A program made the translations under genes and the position numbers. A stretch of DNA of 57,223 bases, taken from assembly GCA_043758065.1 (NCBI GenBank), contig JAYVOE010000078.1, forward strand, positions 1 through 57,223, read 5' to 3'. Numbering within the stretch: the stretch's first letter is position 1; every line of letters starts with the position of its first letter. Of this stretch, positions 35,961 to 45,811 are shown one piece after another. The notes beneath the pieces are model-generated. The model made no database searches. It was not told the origin of the DNA and saw only the letters and a program-made list of their open reading frames with translations. This DNA comes from Spartobacteria bacterium (lineage in GTDB: Bacteria > Verrucomicrobiota > Verrucomicrobiia > Chthoniobacterales > DASVRZ01).

Positions 35961-37052
35961 ATGTTGGAGAAAGATCTGAAAGTGGGCGTGGTCGGACTCG
36001 GAATGGGGCGCGATCATCTCCTCAAATACGCGAAGACCCCGGGCTGCATTTGCCAGGCGATCTGCGATCAGAATCCCGCATTGCTGAAAGAAATTGGCGA
36101 CGAGTTTTCCGTGGCGCAACGCTACTCGACCTTCGAGGAATTCCTGGAAAAAGCCGACATCGACGCGGTGACGCTCGCCGTGCCGAATTTTCTGCACAAA
36201 GACATGACTCTTGCTGCACTCAATCGCGGCCTGCATGTTCTCTGCGAAAAGCCGATGGCGATGAATACTGCGGAGGCCAACGAAATGGCCGCAGCCGTGC
36301 GCAAATCCGGCAAGAAGTTCATGATCCACTTCAACCAGCGCTTCCGTCCGGAGCACCAGTATTTCCGCGACCTGATCAAAAGCGGCGCGCTCGGCGAAGT
36401 CTATTATGCCAGCGCCGGGTGGCGGCGGATGCGCGGGATGCCCCATTTTGGCGGCTGGTTTGGCCAGAAAAAAATGAGCGGCGGCGGTCCACTCATCGAC
36501 CTCGGCGTGCACATGCTCGACCTCACGCGCTGGCTGGTGGGAAACCCCAAAGTGGTCACCGTTTCTGCGAGCACGTTCTCCCACATCGGAAAGGCGACGG
36601 CGCTGTTGCAAAAGAAGGATTTCGACGTGGAAGATTTGGCGTCGGCTTTGATCCGATTCGACGACGGCTCGACGCTCGTTCTGGAAGTCAGCTGGGCCTT
36701 GAATTTCGAGGAACGCGAAAAAGTTTACCTCGAAATGAGCGGGACGAAGGGCGGGCTTTCCAGCATTTGCTATGATTACCGCGACACGAACGTCTGCATT
36801 TTCCGCGAGGAAAACGGCGCGTTGATCAAGACCGTTCCGCTGAAATACCCCGACGCTTCGGAGACGGCGCAATCCTATTTCCTGCGCTCGATTCGCGAGG
36901 ACTTCGATCCCGAAGGTGGGGCCGATGACGGTGTGGAAATCATGCGGATTCTGGACGCGATTTACGAGAGCGCGCGGATCGGTCGCGAAGTGGAATTACG
37001 TCCCGTCGACCTCAGCGCGCCACTGCCGGAAGGTCCGGCTATTCCGGCGTGA
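35961..37052 (+). CDS. Gfo/Idh/MocA family oxidoreductase
   Basis: [14 protein letters not shown] Rossmann start and EKPMA motif. ATG at 35961 is preferred to 35886. Confidence 0.8.
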   Translation: MLEKDLKVGVVGLGMGRDHLLKYAKTPGCICQAICDQNPALLKEIGDEFSVAQRYSTFEEFLEKADIDAVTLAVPNFLHKDMTLAALNRGLHVLCEKPMAMNTAEANEMAAAVRKSGKKFMIHFNQRFRPEHQYFRDLIKSGALGEVYYASAGWRRMRGMPHFGGWFGQKKMSGGGPLIDLGVHMLDLTRWLVGNPKVVTVSASTFSHIGKATALLQKKDFDVEDLASALIRFDDGSTLVLEVSWALNFEEREKVYLEMSGTKGGLSSICYDYRDTNVCIFREENGALIKTVPLKYPDASETAQSYFLRSIREDFDPEGGADDGVEIMRILDAIYESARIGREVELRPVDLSAPLPEGPAIPA

Positions 37053-37068
37053 TTTCGCTCTAACCCGG

Positions 37069-37863
37069 ATGAAAACTTACCTCGATCTTCTGCGATTCGT
37101 GCGCGACACCGGCACGCCGAAAGATGATCGCACGGGCACCGGAACGCTCTCCGTTTTCGGTGCGCAGATACGGATGGAACTCGCCTCTGGTTTTCCGCTT
37201 CTGACCACAAAAAAACTTCACCTCCGCTCGATCATTCACGAGCTGCTCTGGTTTTTGCAGGGCAGCACCAACGTCGCTTATCTGCGCGAAAATCGCGTCA
37301 CCATCTGGGACGAATGGGCCGACAAAAACGGCGATCTCGGCCGCGTTTACGGCGCTCAATGGCGCGACTGGCGCACCGCCGACGGACGTCACATCGACCA
37401 GATTAGCAACGTCATCGACCAAATTCGCCGCAACCCCGACAGCCGCCGCCTCATCGTTTCCGCGTGGAACCCCGGCGAAATCGACCAAATGGCGCTCCCG
37501 CCGTGCCACGCGATGTTTCAATTCGTCGTCCTCGACGGCAAACTTCACTGCCAGCTCTACCAGCGCAGCGCCGACCTCTTTCTCGGCGTGCCATTTAACA
37601 TCGCCAGCTACGCCCTCCTCCTCATGATGGTCGCGCAAGTCACCGATTTGCAGCCCGGCACATTCGTCCACACCTTCGGCGACCTGCACATTTACAAAAA
37701 CCATCTCGACCAGGTCACGGAACAGCTTTCCCGCGAACCGCTCCCGCTCCCGACGATGCGATTGAACCCCGCCGTGCGCGACATTTTCGACTTCCGCTAC
37801 GAGGATTTCACCCTCGAAAACTACCAGGCCCATCCGTCGATCAAAGCCCCGATAGCGATCTAA
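37069..37863 (+). CDS. thyA: thymidylate synthase
   Basis: [32 protein letters not shown] active-site region, 264 aa. Confidence 0.95.
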   Translation: MKTYLDLLRFVRDTGTPKDDRTGTGTLSVFGAQIRMELASGFPLLTTKKLHLRSIIHELLWFLQGSTNVAYLRENRVTIWDEWADKNGDLGRVYGAQWRDWRTADGRHIDQISNVIDQIRRNPDSRRLIVSAWNPGEIDQMALPPCHAMFQFVVLDGKLHCQLYQRSADLFLGVPFNIASYALLLMMVAQVTDLQPGTFVHTFGDLHIYKNHLDQVTEQLSREPLPLPTMRLNPAVRDIFDFRYEDFTLENYQAHPSIKAPIAI

Positions 37864-37878
37864 CTCCGATGGAAAAAA
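37855..37878 (-). repeat. dispersed motif copy across the thyA stop and folA start
   Basis: Motif strand ttttttccatcggagttagatcgc. Confidence 0.65.
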
Positions 37879-38420
37879 CGCGCGCACCGATTGCGGCCAT
37901 CGTCGCCATGTCCTCGAACCGCGTCATCGGCGCGAACGGAAAAATTCCGTGGCATCTGCCCGAGGATTTGCGCTGGTTTAAGGAACGCACCCTCGGCGGC
38001 GCGCTCATTATGGGCCGCAAAACCTACGATTCCATCGGACGTCCCCTGCCCGGTCGCCAGACGTTCGTCGTCTCCCGCAGCGCGGAAATTCCCGGCGTCG
38101 AAATGATCCGCGACCTCTCCACATTTGACTGCAACTCAATTGAAAAACCCGTCTACGTCGTCGGTGGCAGCGAAATCTACGCGCAAATGCTCCCCCGCTG
38201 CACCGAACTCTATCTCACTCGACTGAAAACCGAAGCCGCTGGCGACACCTACATGCCCGAGTTTGAAAGCGATTTCCCCAAAGTCACCGTCCTCCGCGAG
38301 ACGGACCAATTCCAGATCCTGCATTACGAGCGGTCGCCAGTGGAAACCTCCCAGTCGGGCGTGGTCATTGGCCGGTCGAGTGTTTCATCGAAGGTGTCGG
38401 CTCCATCCGCTCGCCGGTAG
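37869..38420 (+). CDS. folA: dihydrofolate reductase with an unusual C-terminal extension of about 25 aa
   Basis: IAAIVAMSSNRVIGANGKIPWHLPEDLRWFKERT and LIMGRKTYDSIG motifs. The tail SPVETSQSGVVIGRSSVSSKVSAPSARR runs into the tandem repeat array. Confidence 0.9.
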   Translation: MEKTRAPIAAIVAMSSNRVIGANGKIPWHLPEDLRWFKERTLGGALIMGRKTYDSIGRPLPGRQTFVVSRSAEIPGVEMIRDLSTFDCNSIEKPVYVVGGSEIYAQMLPRCTELYLTRLKTEAAGDTYMPEFESDFPKVTVLRETDQFQILHYERSPVETSQSGVVIGRSSVSSKVSAPSARR

Positions 38421-38565
38421 CCGTTCTGCATCGACCGGTCGGGGTTCGCAACGCGGCGGTCGGACTTCGCAACCGAGCGGTCGGAATGGGTGGCAACCTG
38501 GTCGCGTTTTGCAATTGGCTCGTCGGGCTTCGCAATGGAGTCGTCGGGCTTCGCAACGGACCGGT
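38416..38565. repeat. tandem array of about seven 21-bp units (GGTCGGGCTTCGCAAYGGNGY)
   Basis: Units start at 38416 (degenerate), 38437, 38458, 38479, 38500, 38521 and 38542. Examples: ggtcggggttcgcaacgcggc, ggtcggacttcgcaaccgagc, cgtcgggcttcgcaatggagt, cgtcgggcttcgcaacggacc. Confidence 0.8.
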
Positions 38566-38617
38566 AAGAGACATCCTGGCACAGTTAGGGCCTGTTTTTG
38601 GAGAAACGGCCTCATTT

Positions 38618-38642
38618 CACTGCAACTCGACCCACTTTTTTT
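38618..38642 (-). repeat. dispersed motif copy
   Basis: Motif strand aaaaaaagtgggtcgagttgcagtg, in the folA/38699 spacer. Confidence 0.7.
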
Positions 38643-38698
38643 CGTCCGCCTGATCGAAAAAGATGGTGTGAAAGCAATCATTCGTTCACTTTTCCCGA

Positions 38699-39412
38699 AT
38701 GAAAGACGAATTCAACAACCGCCTCGGCATGGCCAAAACCGTGCTCACCACCCTTGATCTAGCCGTTCACGTCGCCATCTGGCAGGGTCAGCCGCCGCTC
38801 GTTTTCACCACTAAAGTCGGCCTGTTGCGCGCCAAGGTGGTCGAATTGCAGAAGCTGATGAGCGACCAGGAAACCGTCATCACCGGGTTTGCCATGGTAA
38901 AAGACTCGCGCGAACTGGAGCTGGAAGATCTTGCTCAGGAAATCGGCTCAGCGCTTTCCGGCTATTACGACGATCACAGCCAAGCTGACCTTTCCGCTGC
39001 GGTGAATTTTTCGATCAGCGACTGGCGTGGTCTACGAGAGGATTCGCTCGTGGCTCGTGCTCAAGTGGTCGAGGCAAAATTGACCGCCGCCCTCGCTGCC
39101 GACGCTGCGGGATTGGTTTCTTACGACCTCGATGCAGCGGATTTAACGGGATTGACGGAGGCGATCGGCAGCTACGACGACGTTATCAAGAGTCCGCAGG
39201 CCGCGATCTCGACTCGTGCCGGGCTCACCAAAGTCGTTCGTCCCCGTTTCCGCGAGCTGAACGTGATCTTCTCTGGCCTGGACAAGCTCGGGCTGCGTTT
39301 CCGCAAAACGACCGAGGGCCGTCAATTTGTCGACGCCTACCTAGCCGCGAGAATCGTCCGCGATTTGGGCCACGGCCCCGCAGATACGCCTGTAACTCCA
39401 ATCACTCCTTGA
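38699..39412 (+). CDS. hypothetical protein (helical, Ala/Leu-rich)
   Basis: 237-aa ORF with ATG start and coding-like composition. I recognise no motif. Confidence 0.5.
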   Translation: MKDEFNNRLGMAKTVLTTLDLAVHVAIWQGQPPLVFTTKVGLLRAKVVELQKLMSDQETVITGFAMVKDSRELELEDLAQEIGSALSGYYDDHSQADLSAAVNFSISDWRGLREDSLVARAQVVEAKLTAALAADAAGLVSYDLDAADLTGLTEAIGSYDDVIKSPQAAISTRAGLTKVVRPRFRELNVIFSGLDKLGLRFRKTTEGRQFVDAYLAARIVRDLGHGPADTPVTPITP

Positions 39413-39444
39413 TTCTGCCAACCGCAGAAGCGGGTCTGTAAGGT

Positions 39445-40305
39445 TTAGCGGAGGCGGTCGATCTGGCGTTGGAGGCTGGCGCGCATGTCGGCGAAGGCGG
39501 GGTTGGTGAGAGCGGCGAGTTGTTTGCGGGCTTCGGGTTTGTCGCCAAGGCGGATGTTGACGCGGATGAGGTGGCCGCGAATGAAGTCGGTGGATTCGGC
39601 GGGCGAACGGGCGAGGAGCGATTCCCAAGTGGCGCGGGCGAGTTTCCAGTCGGGTGAGGGTTGAGTGTAAAAGGTCTCGGCGTAGGCTTGGGCGTAGGCG
39701 AGGTTGTCGGGCGCGAGCTCGGCGGCGCGCCGGAAATATTCGGTGCCGCGAGTGATGAGTTCATTCTCGGTGAGATGGCGGGAGGCGATCAAATCGCGGC
39801 GAAAGAGGGTGTAAATGTGGGCGAGGCCGAAGGAGTAGGCGGCGTTGGTGGGCGCAAGGGCGACGGCCCTTTCCAAGTTGTCGGCAGCGGTGACGATCTG
39901 GCCGGTTTGCAGAAGGAGATCAGCTTGAGCAGCGAGGATGTCGTCGCGTTTTGAGTCGAGTTGCAGGGCACTCTGCCACTCGTGGAAGGCGGCTTCGTTT
40001 TCGCCGAGGGAGAGAAGGTATTCGCCGAAGACGACATGCGGCTCCCCTTCCGCTGGGAAATGCGCGATGGCGGCTTCGTAGCTGGCGCGGATTTTTGCGA
40101 GGTCGGCGGCATTCGGTGCGGGTGCCTGGGTGATGAGAGTGATGGCGCGGGCCGTGCGCAGGGTGGCAATTTCCTGGAGCATTTGTTGGTGGGTTTGCTC
40201 TTTCGCTGACTGCTCAGATTGCGGCGCAGCGGTGACGTGTTCGACCGCCCAATAGGATGCAACTCCGATGAAAACGAACCCGGCGGCGACGATGGTGGGG
40301 TGCAT
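39445..40305 (-). CDS. membrane-anchored tetratricopeptide-repeat protein
   Basis: MHPTIVAAGFVFIGVASYWAV anchor followed by TPR-like helices. ATG at 40377 is an alternative start. Confidence 0.6.
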   Translation of the reverse strand: MHPTIVAAGFVFIGVASYWAVEHVTAAPQSEQSAKEQTHQQMLQEIATLRTARAITLITQAPAPNAADLAKIRASYEAAIAHFPAEGEPHVVFGEYLLSLGENEAAFHEWQSALQLDSKRDDILAAQADLLLQTGQIVTAADNLERAVALAPTNAAYSFGLAHIYTLFRRDLIASRHLTENELITRGTEYFRRAAELAPDNLAYAQAYAETFYTQPSPDWKLARATWESLLARSPAESTDFIRGHLIRVNIRLGDKPEARKQLAALTNPAFADMRASLQRQIDRLR

Positions 40306-40500
40306 TGCGAATACTTTCGTGCCGTGTATGTTGCGCGCGCAAATGTTTTCCCTGACGATTCGTGAGCAATGTCTCATAGCCGCCGTGCTCGTGGCATTGG
40401 CGGGCGGATCGGTGATTCACCACTTGCGGACTCGCGCAGACGACGTGACGGTCGCAGTGAAAACCCCGCGCTCCACTGCGCTCGCCAATCCTTAATTTCC

Positions 40501-40926
40501 ATGCCAAAAACCGGACTCCTGCAAGCCCTCGACGAACTCCTCCAAAACGATTCCCGATACGACCGCGAGGCGTATCTTTTTCTCAAGGAAGCTCTCGAAT
40601 TTACGGTGAAGCAGAAGCGCAAGGCTCGCTCCAGCGACGTGGCGCATGTGACGCCAGCGGAACTGATGGACGGTGTGCGGCTCTATGCGTTGCGGGAATT
40701 TGGACCGATGGTGCCGACGGTGCTGGATTATTGGGGTGTGCGGACTTGCGGCGACATTGGCGAGCTGGTTTTTAACCTGATCCACGCGGGTATTTTCGGG
40801 AAAAACGACAACGACACGATCGAGGATTTTCAAAACGGATTCGAGTTCCATGCCGCTTTCGTCGAGCCGTTTTTACCAGCGGCAAAACGCTCTCGCCCGG
40901 AGATTCCCGACCGTCCCGTGGCATGA
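40501..40926 (+). CDS. conserved hypothetical protein of the kind restricted to Verrucomicrobia/Planctomycetes
   Basis: MPKTGLLQALDELLQNDSRYDREAYLFLKEALEFTV.. resembles the small PVC-restricted family as I recall it. ATG at 40501. Confidence 0.55.
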   Translation: MPKTGLLQALDELLQNDSRYDREAYLFLKEALEFTVKQKRKARSSDVAHVTPAELMDGVRLYALREFGPMVPTVLDYWGVRTCGDIGELVFNLIHAGIFGKNDNDTIEDFQNGFEFHAAFVEPFLPAAKRSRPEIPDRPVA

Positions 40927-43523
40927 AATTTCTCCTCCTGCTCCTCATGTTTTCCCTATCAGAAATGTCTGCTGCCACCGCCCCCGCAACCCTGACGCTC
41001 CCCGAGCGCAATGTCCACAAATGGGTCTTGCAAGATGGGCTGACTGTCATCGTCGAGGAAGATCACAGTTCGCCTGTCGCGAGCGTGCAAGCTTGGTGCA
41101 ACACGGGCAGTATCCACGAGGACAAACTCGTCGGTGCGGGCATGTCGCATATTTTGGAGCACATGCTTTTTAAGGGAACGAAGACGCGTCCGCCGGGGAA
41201 AATCGCCAATGAAGTGCAGGACGAGGGCGGTTACATCAATGCCTACACGTCGTTTGATCGGACGGTTTACTGGATCGAAGTGCCCAAGGCTGGCGTCGCG
41301 AAGGCGATCGATATTCTGGCCGATGCTTCGGTGAATGCGACCCTACCCGAATCAGAATATACCAAGGAGCAGGAAGTGATTCGCCGCGAATTTGCCATGG
41401 GCTACGACGACCCGGATCGGATGACGAGCCTCCTGCTTTTCGACACGGCTTACAAAGTGCATCCCTACGCCTATCCGGTGATTGGGCACATGAGCATCTA
41501 CAACACGCTGACTCGCGATGATGTGATGCGTTATTACAAGGCGCGCTACGTGCCGAATAATCTGACGTTTGTGATCGTCGGCGATGTGGACGCTGAATCG
41601 GTTCACACTCAAATCGAAACTTTTTTCCAGGATTACCCACGTGCCGTTTTGCCGCCGGTTTACATTCCAACCGAACCGCCGCAGCTCGGAAAACGCGAGG
41701 TGCATCAGGAATTTCCGACGGAGCTGAGCCGCGTGATGCTCGCCTGGCACGTGCCTGGAATCGATCACCCGGACATTCCCGCGCTGGATGTGCTGGCAAC
41801 CGTCATGGGCGAAGGGCGCTCGGCGCGTTTGTATCGTGAGTTGCGCGAGAAAAAAGGCCTCGTGTTTTCCATTTCCAGTTCGGTTTACTCACCAGCGTAT
41901 CCCGGTTTGCTGATCGCTTCTGCAGCGACGGAACCTAACAAACGCGTCGAAGCAACTCAGGAAGTCGAGGCGCTTTTTGCAGAAGTCGCCAGCAAAGGAA
42001 TTACAGAAGTCGAACTGGATCGCGCGAAGAAGGCGTTCCTCTCCAGCACGCTCGGCGGACTCACGACGACCAAGGGCCGCGCGAGTGATTTGGGTTCCAG
42101 TTGGCTCGTGGCGCGCGATCTAGATTTTTCCCGCAAATACATCGACGCGATCAACCGTGTGACCGTCGATCAAGTGCGCGTTGTCGCTCAAAAATACCTC
42201 ACCGAAAACAACGAAACCGTCGTCTCGCTCAACCCGCCAGGCACTCTGACCGCCACTGCCAAAATCGACACCGCGGCAAAAGCGAAGCCGATTCAAAAGT
42301 TCACGCTTTCCAACGGCCTGCGTCTCCTCGTTCGAGAAGACAGTCGACTCCCATTGATATCTGCGAGCGCGGTTTTCAAGGCCGGTTTGCTGGTCGAAAC
42401 ACCCGAAGCCGCTGGCCTTAGCCGCCTGTATTCGAGCGTTCTGATCAAAGGAACGAAGACGCGCACTGCCGAACAAATCGCCGACGAAATCGAGTCTGTT
42501 GGCGGCAATATTTCGAGTGATTCAGGCAACAATTCATTCGCCGTCCATCTCGACGCCACGAAGCCGGATTTGAAGCTCGTCATCGATCTGCTTTCGGACG
42601 TTTTGAAAAATCCGTCGTTCCCAGAACCAGTCATCAGCCGCGAGAAAGAATCGCTGCTCGCCGCGCAAAAAGCTGAGAAAGAACAAGTCACAGCCGTGGC
42701 GCGCAATCTGATGCGCAGCACGCTGTTTCCCAACCATCCCTATGGCATTCCCGGCAACGGCACGCCGGAAAGTGTCGCGGCGTTGAAACAGGAAAATCTC
42801 AGCGCGTATCATCAGCAATATTGCGTCGGCGAAAATGGCGTGATCTCTGTTTTCGGCGACGTGAATGCGGAGGAAGTCCGCCGCCTGATTGAAATGCAAC
42901 TCGCCTCACTTCCAAAAGGCCAGGCTGCTTTGACGAACCCACCGAAGCCTGCGGAACTTACCGCCGAAGCCTCCGTGGAAAAAAACGAGCAGAAGTCGCA
43001 AGCGATCCTCATGATCGGCTATCCGTCGGTCGATATTTATAACCCGGACAAAGACGCGCTCGACTTGATCGACGAAGCCAGCAGCGACTTGGGCTCGCGC
43101 TTTTTCGTCACGATCCGCGACAATCTGGGCCTCGCGTATTTCGTCGGCACGAGCCAATTGAGCGGACTAGCGCCTGGTGCGTTTACGTTTTACCTCGGCA
43201 CCGACCCGAAGAAAGTGGAGAAAGTCCGCACTGCGATGCTGGAAGAAATCGGCAAGCTCGCGAACGACGGGCTCACCGAAGCCGAGCTGAATCGCGCTAA
43301 GAAGAAATTGCTCGGACAACAGGAAATCGAAAACCAGAGCAACGATTCGCTCGCCTACAGTTGCGCCTTGAATGAACTCTACAATCTCGGCTACGACTAC
43401 TATCTCGGCACTGAAAAACGTATCAATGCCGTCACCCTCGAAGACACCAAACGCGTCGCTCAAAAATATTTCCTAACCAAGCCCCGCGTCATCGCCACCG
43501 TGCAGCCCGCTCCTAAAAAATAA
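40923..43523 (+). CDS. M16 family zinc peptidase (two-module pitrilysin-like)
   Basis: Signal peptide, HILEH (HxxEH) zinc motif and a duplicated M16 architecture, 866 aa. ATGA overlap with the upstream gene. Confidence 0.85.
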   Translation: MKFLLLLLMFSLSEMSAATAPATLTLPERNVHKWVLQDGLTVIVEEDHSSPVASVQAWCNTGSIHEDKLVGAGMSHILEHMLFKGTKTRPPGKIANEVQDEGGYINAYTSFDRTVYWIEVPKAGVAKAIDILADASVNATLPESEYTKEQEVIRREFAMGYDDPDRMTSLLLFDTAYKVHPYAYPVIGHMSIYNTLTRDDVMRYYKARYVPNNLTFVIVGDVDAESVHTQIETFFQDYPRAVLPPVYIPTEPPQLGKREVHQEFPTELSRVMLAWHVPGIDHPDIPALDVLATVMGEGRSARLYRELREKKGLVFSISSSVYSPAYPGLLIASAATEPNKRVEATQEVEALFAEVASKGITEVELDRAKKAFLSSTLGGLTTTKGRASDLGSSWLVARDLDFSRKYIDAINRVTVDQVRVVAQKYLTENNETVVSLNPPGTLTATAKIDTAAKAKPIQKFTLSNGLRLLVREDSRLPLISASAVFKAGLLVETPEAAGLSRLYSSVLIKGTKTRTAEQIADEIESVGGNISSDSGNNSFAVHLDATKPDLKLVIDLLSDVLKNPSFPEPVISREKESLLAAQKAEKEQVTAVARNLMRSTLFPNHPYGIPGNGTPESVAALKQENLSAYHQQYCVGENGVISVFGDVNAEEVRRLIEMQLASLPKGQAALTNPPKPAELTAEASVEKNEQKSQAILMIGYPSVDIYNPDKDALDLIDEASSDLGSRFFVTIRDNLGLAYFVGTSQLSGLAPGAFTFYLGTDPKKVEKVRTAMLEEIGKLANDGLTEAELNRAKKKLLGQQEIENQSNDSLAYSCALNELYNLGYDYYLGTEKRINAVTLEDTKRVAQKYFLTKPRVIATVQPAPKK

Positions 43524-43539
43524 CATCCGAGTCCCAACG
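43524..43539 (+). repeat. dispersed motif copy (degenerate)
   Basis: catccgagtcccaacg, in the 18-nt spacer before ATG 43542. Confidence 0.45.
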
Positions 43540-43541
43540 CT

Positions 43542-43940
43542 ATGGCCGAAATTCAACGCAATACTAACATGGGCGAAATGACCCAGCGCTTCATCGAGTT
43601 TGTGATGATGCAATCGCAACACGCCGCCCTTTTTCTCGGCCAAATCGCCAATCCACAGACCGGCGAAACCTCGGTTAATCTGGAGGCCGCGAAAATGTTT
43701 ATCGACCAGCTCGAAATGGTTCGCGAGAAAACCCGAGGCAACCTCTCGTCGGACGAGGACAAGATTATCAACAACGCCCTGTCAAATCTCCAAACGGCGT
43801 TTCTGGAAGTCGCTGGCGGAGGACCAGAAAGTCATGCGAGTTCCAGTCCTATCGCGGAGGAACCGAAATTGGAAGCAACGCCCGTGCTAAGCACCGAGTC
43901 GGACAGCAAAAAACGCTTCACCAAAAGCTACGGCGGCTGA
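43542..43940 (+). CDS. DUF1844 domain protein
   Basis: FIEFVMMQSQHAALFLGQIANPQTGE..AKMFIDQLEMVREKTRGNL pattern. Confidence 0.7.
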   Translation: MAEIQRNTNMGEMTQRFIEFVMMQSQHAALFLGQIANPQTGETSVNLEAAKMFIDQLEMVREKTRGNLSSDEDKIINNALSNLQTAFLEVAGGGPESHASSSPIAEEPKLEATPVLSTESDSKKRFTKSYGG

Positions 43941-43943
43941 TTA

Positions 43944-43964
43944 TTTTTTGATTCGAGTTCCATG
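43944..43964 (+). repeat. dispersed motif copy filling the DUF1844/kdsA spacer
   Basis: ttttttgattcgagttccATG; the kdsA ATG is part of the copy. Confidence 0.8.
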
Positions 43965-44774
43965 CGAACCTGCCAGATCGGCTCACTCACACTTGGCGGC
44001 CCCACCCCGCTTTTCATCCTCGGCCCATGCGTCATCGAATCGGAAGTTTTCCTCCGTCGCATGGCGCAACAGATCGCCGAAATTTGTCGTGAGGCGGGTG
44101 TGAGTTATATCTTAAAAGCGAGCTACGACAAAGCGAACCGCACGTCGGGTTCTTCCTATCGCGGAATCGACATACGCGAAGGTTGCAGTCTGCTCGCCGA
44201 TCTCGGTCGCGAACACAACGTGCCGGTTACGACTGACATTCACTCGCCCGAGGAAGCGGAAATTGCTGCGGAATTTATCGACCTTTTGCAGATCCCGGCG
44301 TTTCTCTGCCGCCAGACGGATTTAATCATCGCCGCTGCGGAAACGGGACGCGCCGTGAACGTCAAAAAAGGCCAGTTCCTTGCACCGTGGGATGTGCGAA
44401 ATATCGGCGACAAATTGCAGGCACATGAGTGTCGGGATTTCTTTTTTACCGAACGCGGCACAACTTTCGGTTACAACAATCTCGTGGCCGACATGCGCTC
44501 GCTCTATTGGATTCGCGAGCAGGGTTTTCCAGTCGTGTTCGATGCGACTCACAGCGTGCAACGTCCCGGTGGCGGTGGTGATACGACCAGCGGCGACGGT
44601 ATTCTCGCGCCGGTCCTGGCGAATGCCGCGATGGCTGCCGGATGCGATGGTATTTTTATGGAAACTCATGAGAACCCGGACATAGCGCTATCGGATGGGC
44701 CGAATCAGGTGCCGCTCTCGGATTTGCCGCGCGTATTGAAAACTTTACTGAAGATCCATGCAGCCGTTTCGTAA
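43962..44774 (+). CDS. kdsA: 3-deoxy-8-phosphooctulonate synthase
   Basis: FILGPCVIES, LKASYDKANRTS, QIPAFLCRQTDL and DATHSVQ motifs. Confidence 0.95.
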   Translation: MRTCQIGSLTLGGPTPLFILGPCVIESEVFLRRMAQQIAEICREAGVSYILKASYDKANRTSGSSYRGIDIREGCSLLADLGREHNVPVTTDIHSPEEAEIAAEFIDLLQIPAFLCRQTDLIIAAAETGRAVNVKKGQFLAPWDVRNIGDKLQAHECRDFFFTERGTTFGYNNLVADMRSLYWIREQGFPVVFDATHSVQRPGGGGDTTSGDGILAPVLANAAMAAGCDGIFMETHENPDIALSDGPNQVPLSDLPRVLKTLLKIHAAVS

Positions 44775-45264
44775 TTTTCAGTCGAGTTGCATCGGATTCT
44801 GCGTCGTCCTACTGGCGACATTTCCCGCCCTGGCCGAGAAGGACAAAGCGGAAAAAGTGGACGATCAGGCGGGCAAGATGAATATCGCGATTCCGCTGCA
44901 TCAACCGGTGAAGGGTTTGCACCTGCCGTTCTACGATTTGCTCGGGAAAATCAAGATGCAGTTCGACGCCGAAACGGCCAATCGCACTTCGGAAAACATG
45001 GTGGAAATGAAGGCGCTAAAGATCGAGACCTTCGACGATACCGGCAAGCGCGATATGCTCGTCCATTTTCCACAGGCTGTTTACGACTTGAATTCCGCAA
45101 TCATCCAATCCAAGGAAGCGGTCGAAGTGCGTCGCAATGATTTCGTTCTCACCGGAGTCGGAATGGAATTTGATACCAAAAAAAAGCAGGGCCGAGTATT
45201 TAGTCAGATTCGCATGGAAATCTTTAATCGCTCAGTCGAAACCAACCCATCCAATGGTCAGTAA
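44758..45264 (+). CDS. lptC: LPS export protein LptC-like
   Basis: N-terminal anchor SSCIGFCVVLLATFPALA, about 170 aa beta-rich, positioned between kdsA and lptA. Confidence 0.55.
   Translation: MQPFRNFQSSCIGFCVVLLATFPALAEKDKAEKVDDQAGKMNIAIPLHQPVKGLHLPFYDLLGKIKMQFDAETANRTSENMVEMKALKIETFDDTGKRDMLVHFPQAVYDLNSAIIQSKEAVEVRRNDFVLTGVGMEFDTKKKQGRVFSQIRMEIFNRSVETNPSNGQ
44775..44795 (+). repeat. dispersed motif copy at the kdsA/lptC junction
   Basis: ttttcagtcgagttgcatcgg, starting 1 nt after the kdsA TAA. Confidence 0.8.
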
Positions 45265-45796
45265 ATTCTTATTTTTCACAGCGTTTTGCGCGGTCGCATG
45301 CAGCGTTTCTGCGCAGGATAAATCGCTGAATCTTTTCGGCGACAGCAAGGCAAAAGGGCCGACGATCGTCACGGCGACGGACGAGGCGACGTTTGACTCG
45401 AAGAATCACGTGGCGGTTTTCATTGGCAAAGTCGAGGTGCAAGATCCGCAATTCAGCATGACGTGCGACAAGTTGACGGTGCAATTGAACGCGGATGGTG
45501 GCGGCATGAAACAGGCAAATGCCGACGGGAACGTCTTCATTGTTTCCGTTCAAAAAGATAAAAATGGCGGTCCCGATGAAAAATCGAACGGCAAAGGTGA
45601 TCGGGCTATTTACACTCCGTCCGACGGACGAATCGCGCTTTACGGAAATCCACAAGTCCAGCAGGGCGGCAACACGCATATTTCAACCGAACCCGGGACA
45701 AAAATGTTTCTTTACAAGGATGGCCGGCTGAAGACGGAGGGCGGCAGTCGCACGATCATCCAGCCATCGGGGGACGAATCGAAGACGCCGAAATAG
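45254..45796 (+). CDS. lptA: LPS transport periplasmic protein LptA (OstA-like)
   Basis: Signal peptide MVSKFLFFTAFCAVACSVSA, then repeated GNV/GKV..V beta-jellyroll pattern (FIGKVEVQD, ADGNVFI, LYGNPQVQQG). Confidence 0.7.
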   Translation: MVSKFLFFTAFCAVACSVSAQDKSLNLFGDSKAKGPTIVTATDEATFDSKNHVAVFIGKVEVQDPQFSMTCDKLTVQLNADGGGMKQANADGNVFIVSVQKDKNGGPDEKSNGKGDRAIYTPSDGRIALYGNPQVQQGGNTHISTEPGTKMFLYKDGRLKTEGGSRTIIQPSGDESKTPK

Positions 45797-45811
45797 AAGC
45801 CGAGCAGCCGC

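Noticed and set aside
38416-38565. Possible CRISPR array
   Set aside because: The 21-bp units are contiguous with no spacers, the units are degenerate, and no cas genes are nearby. This is a simple tandem repeat.
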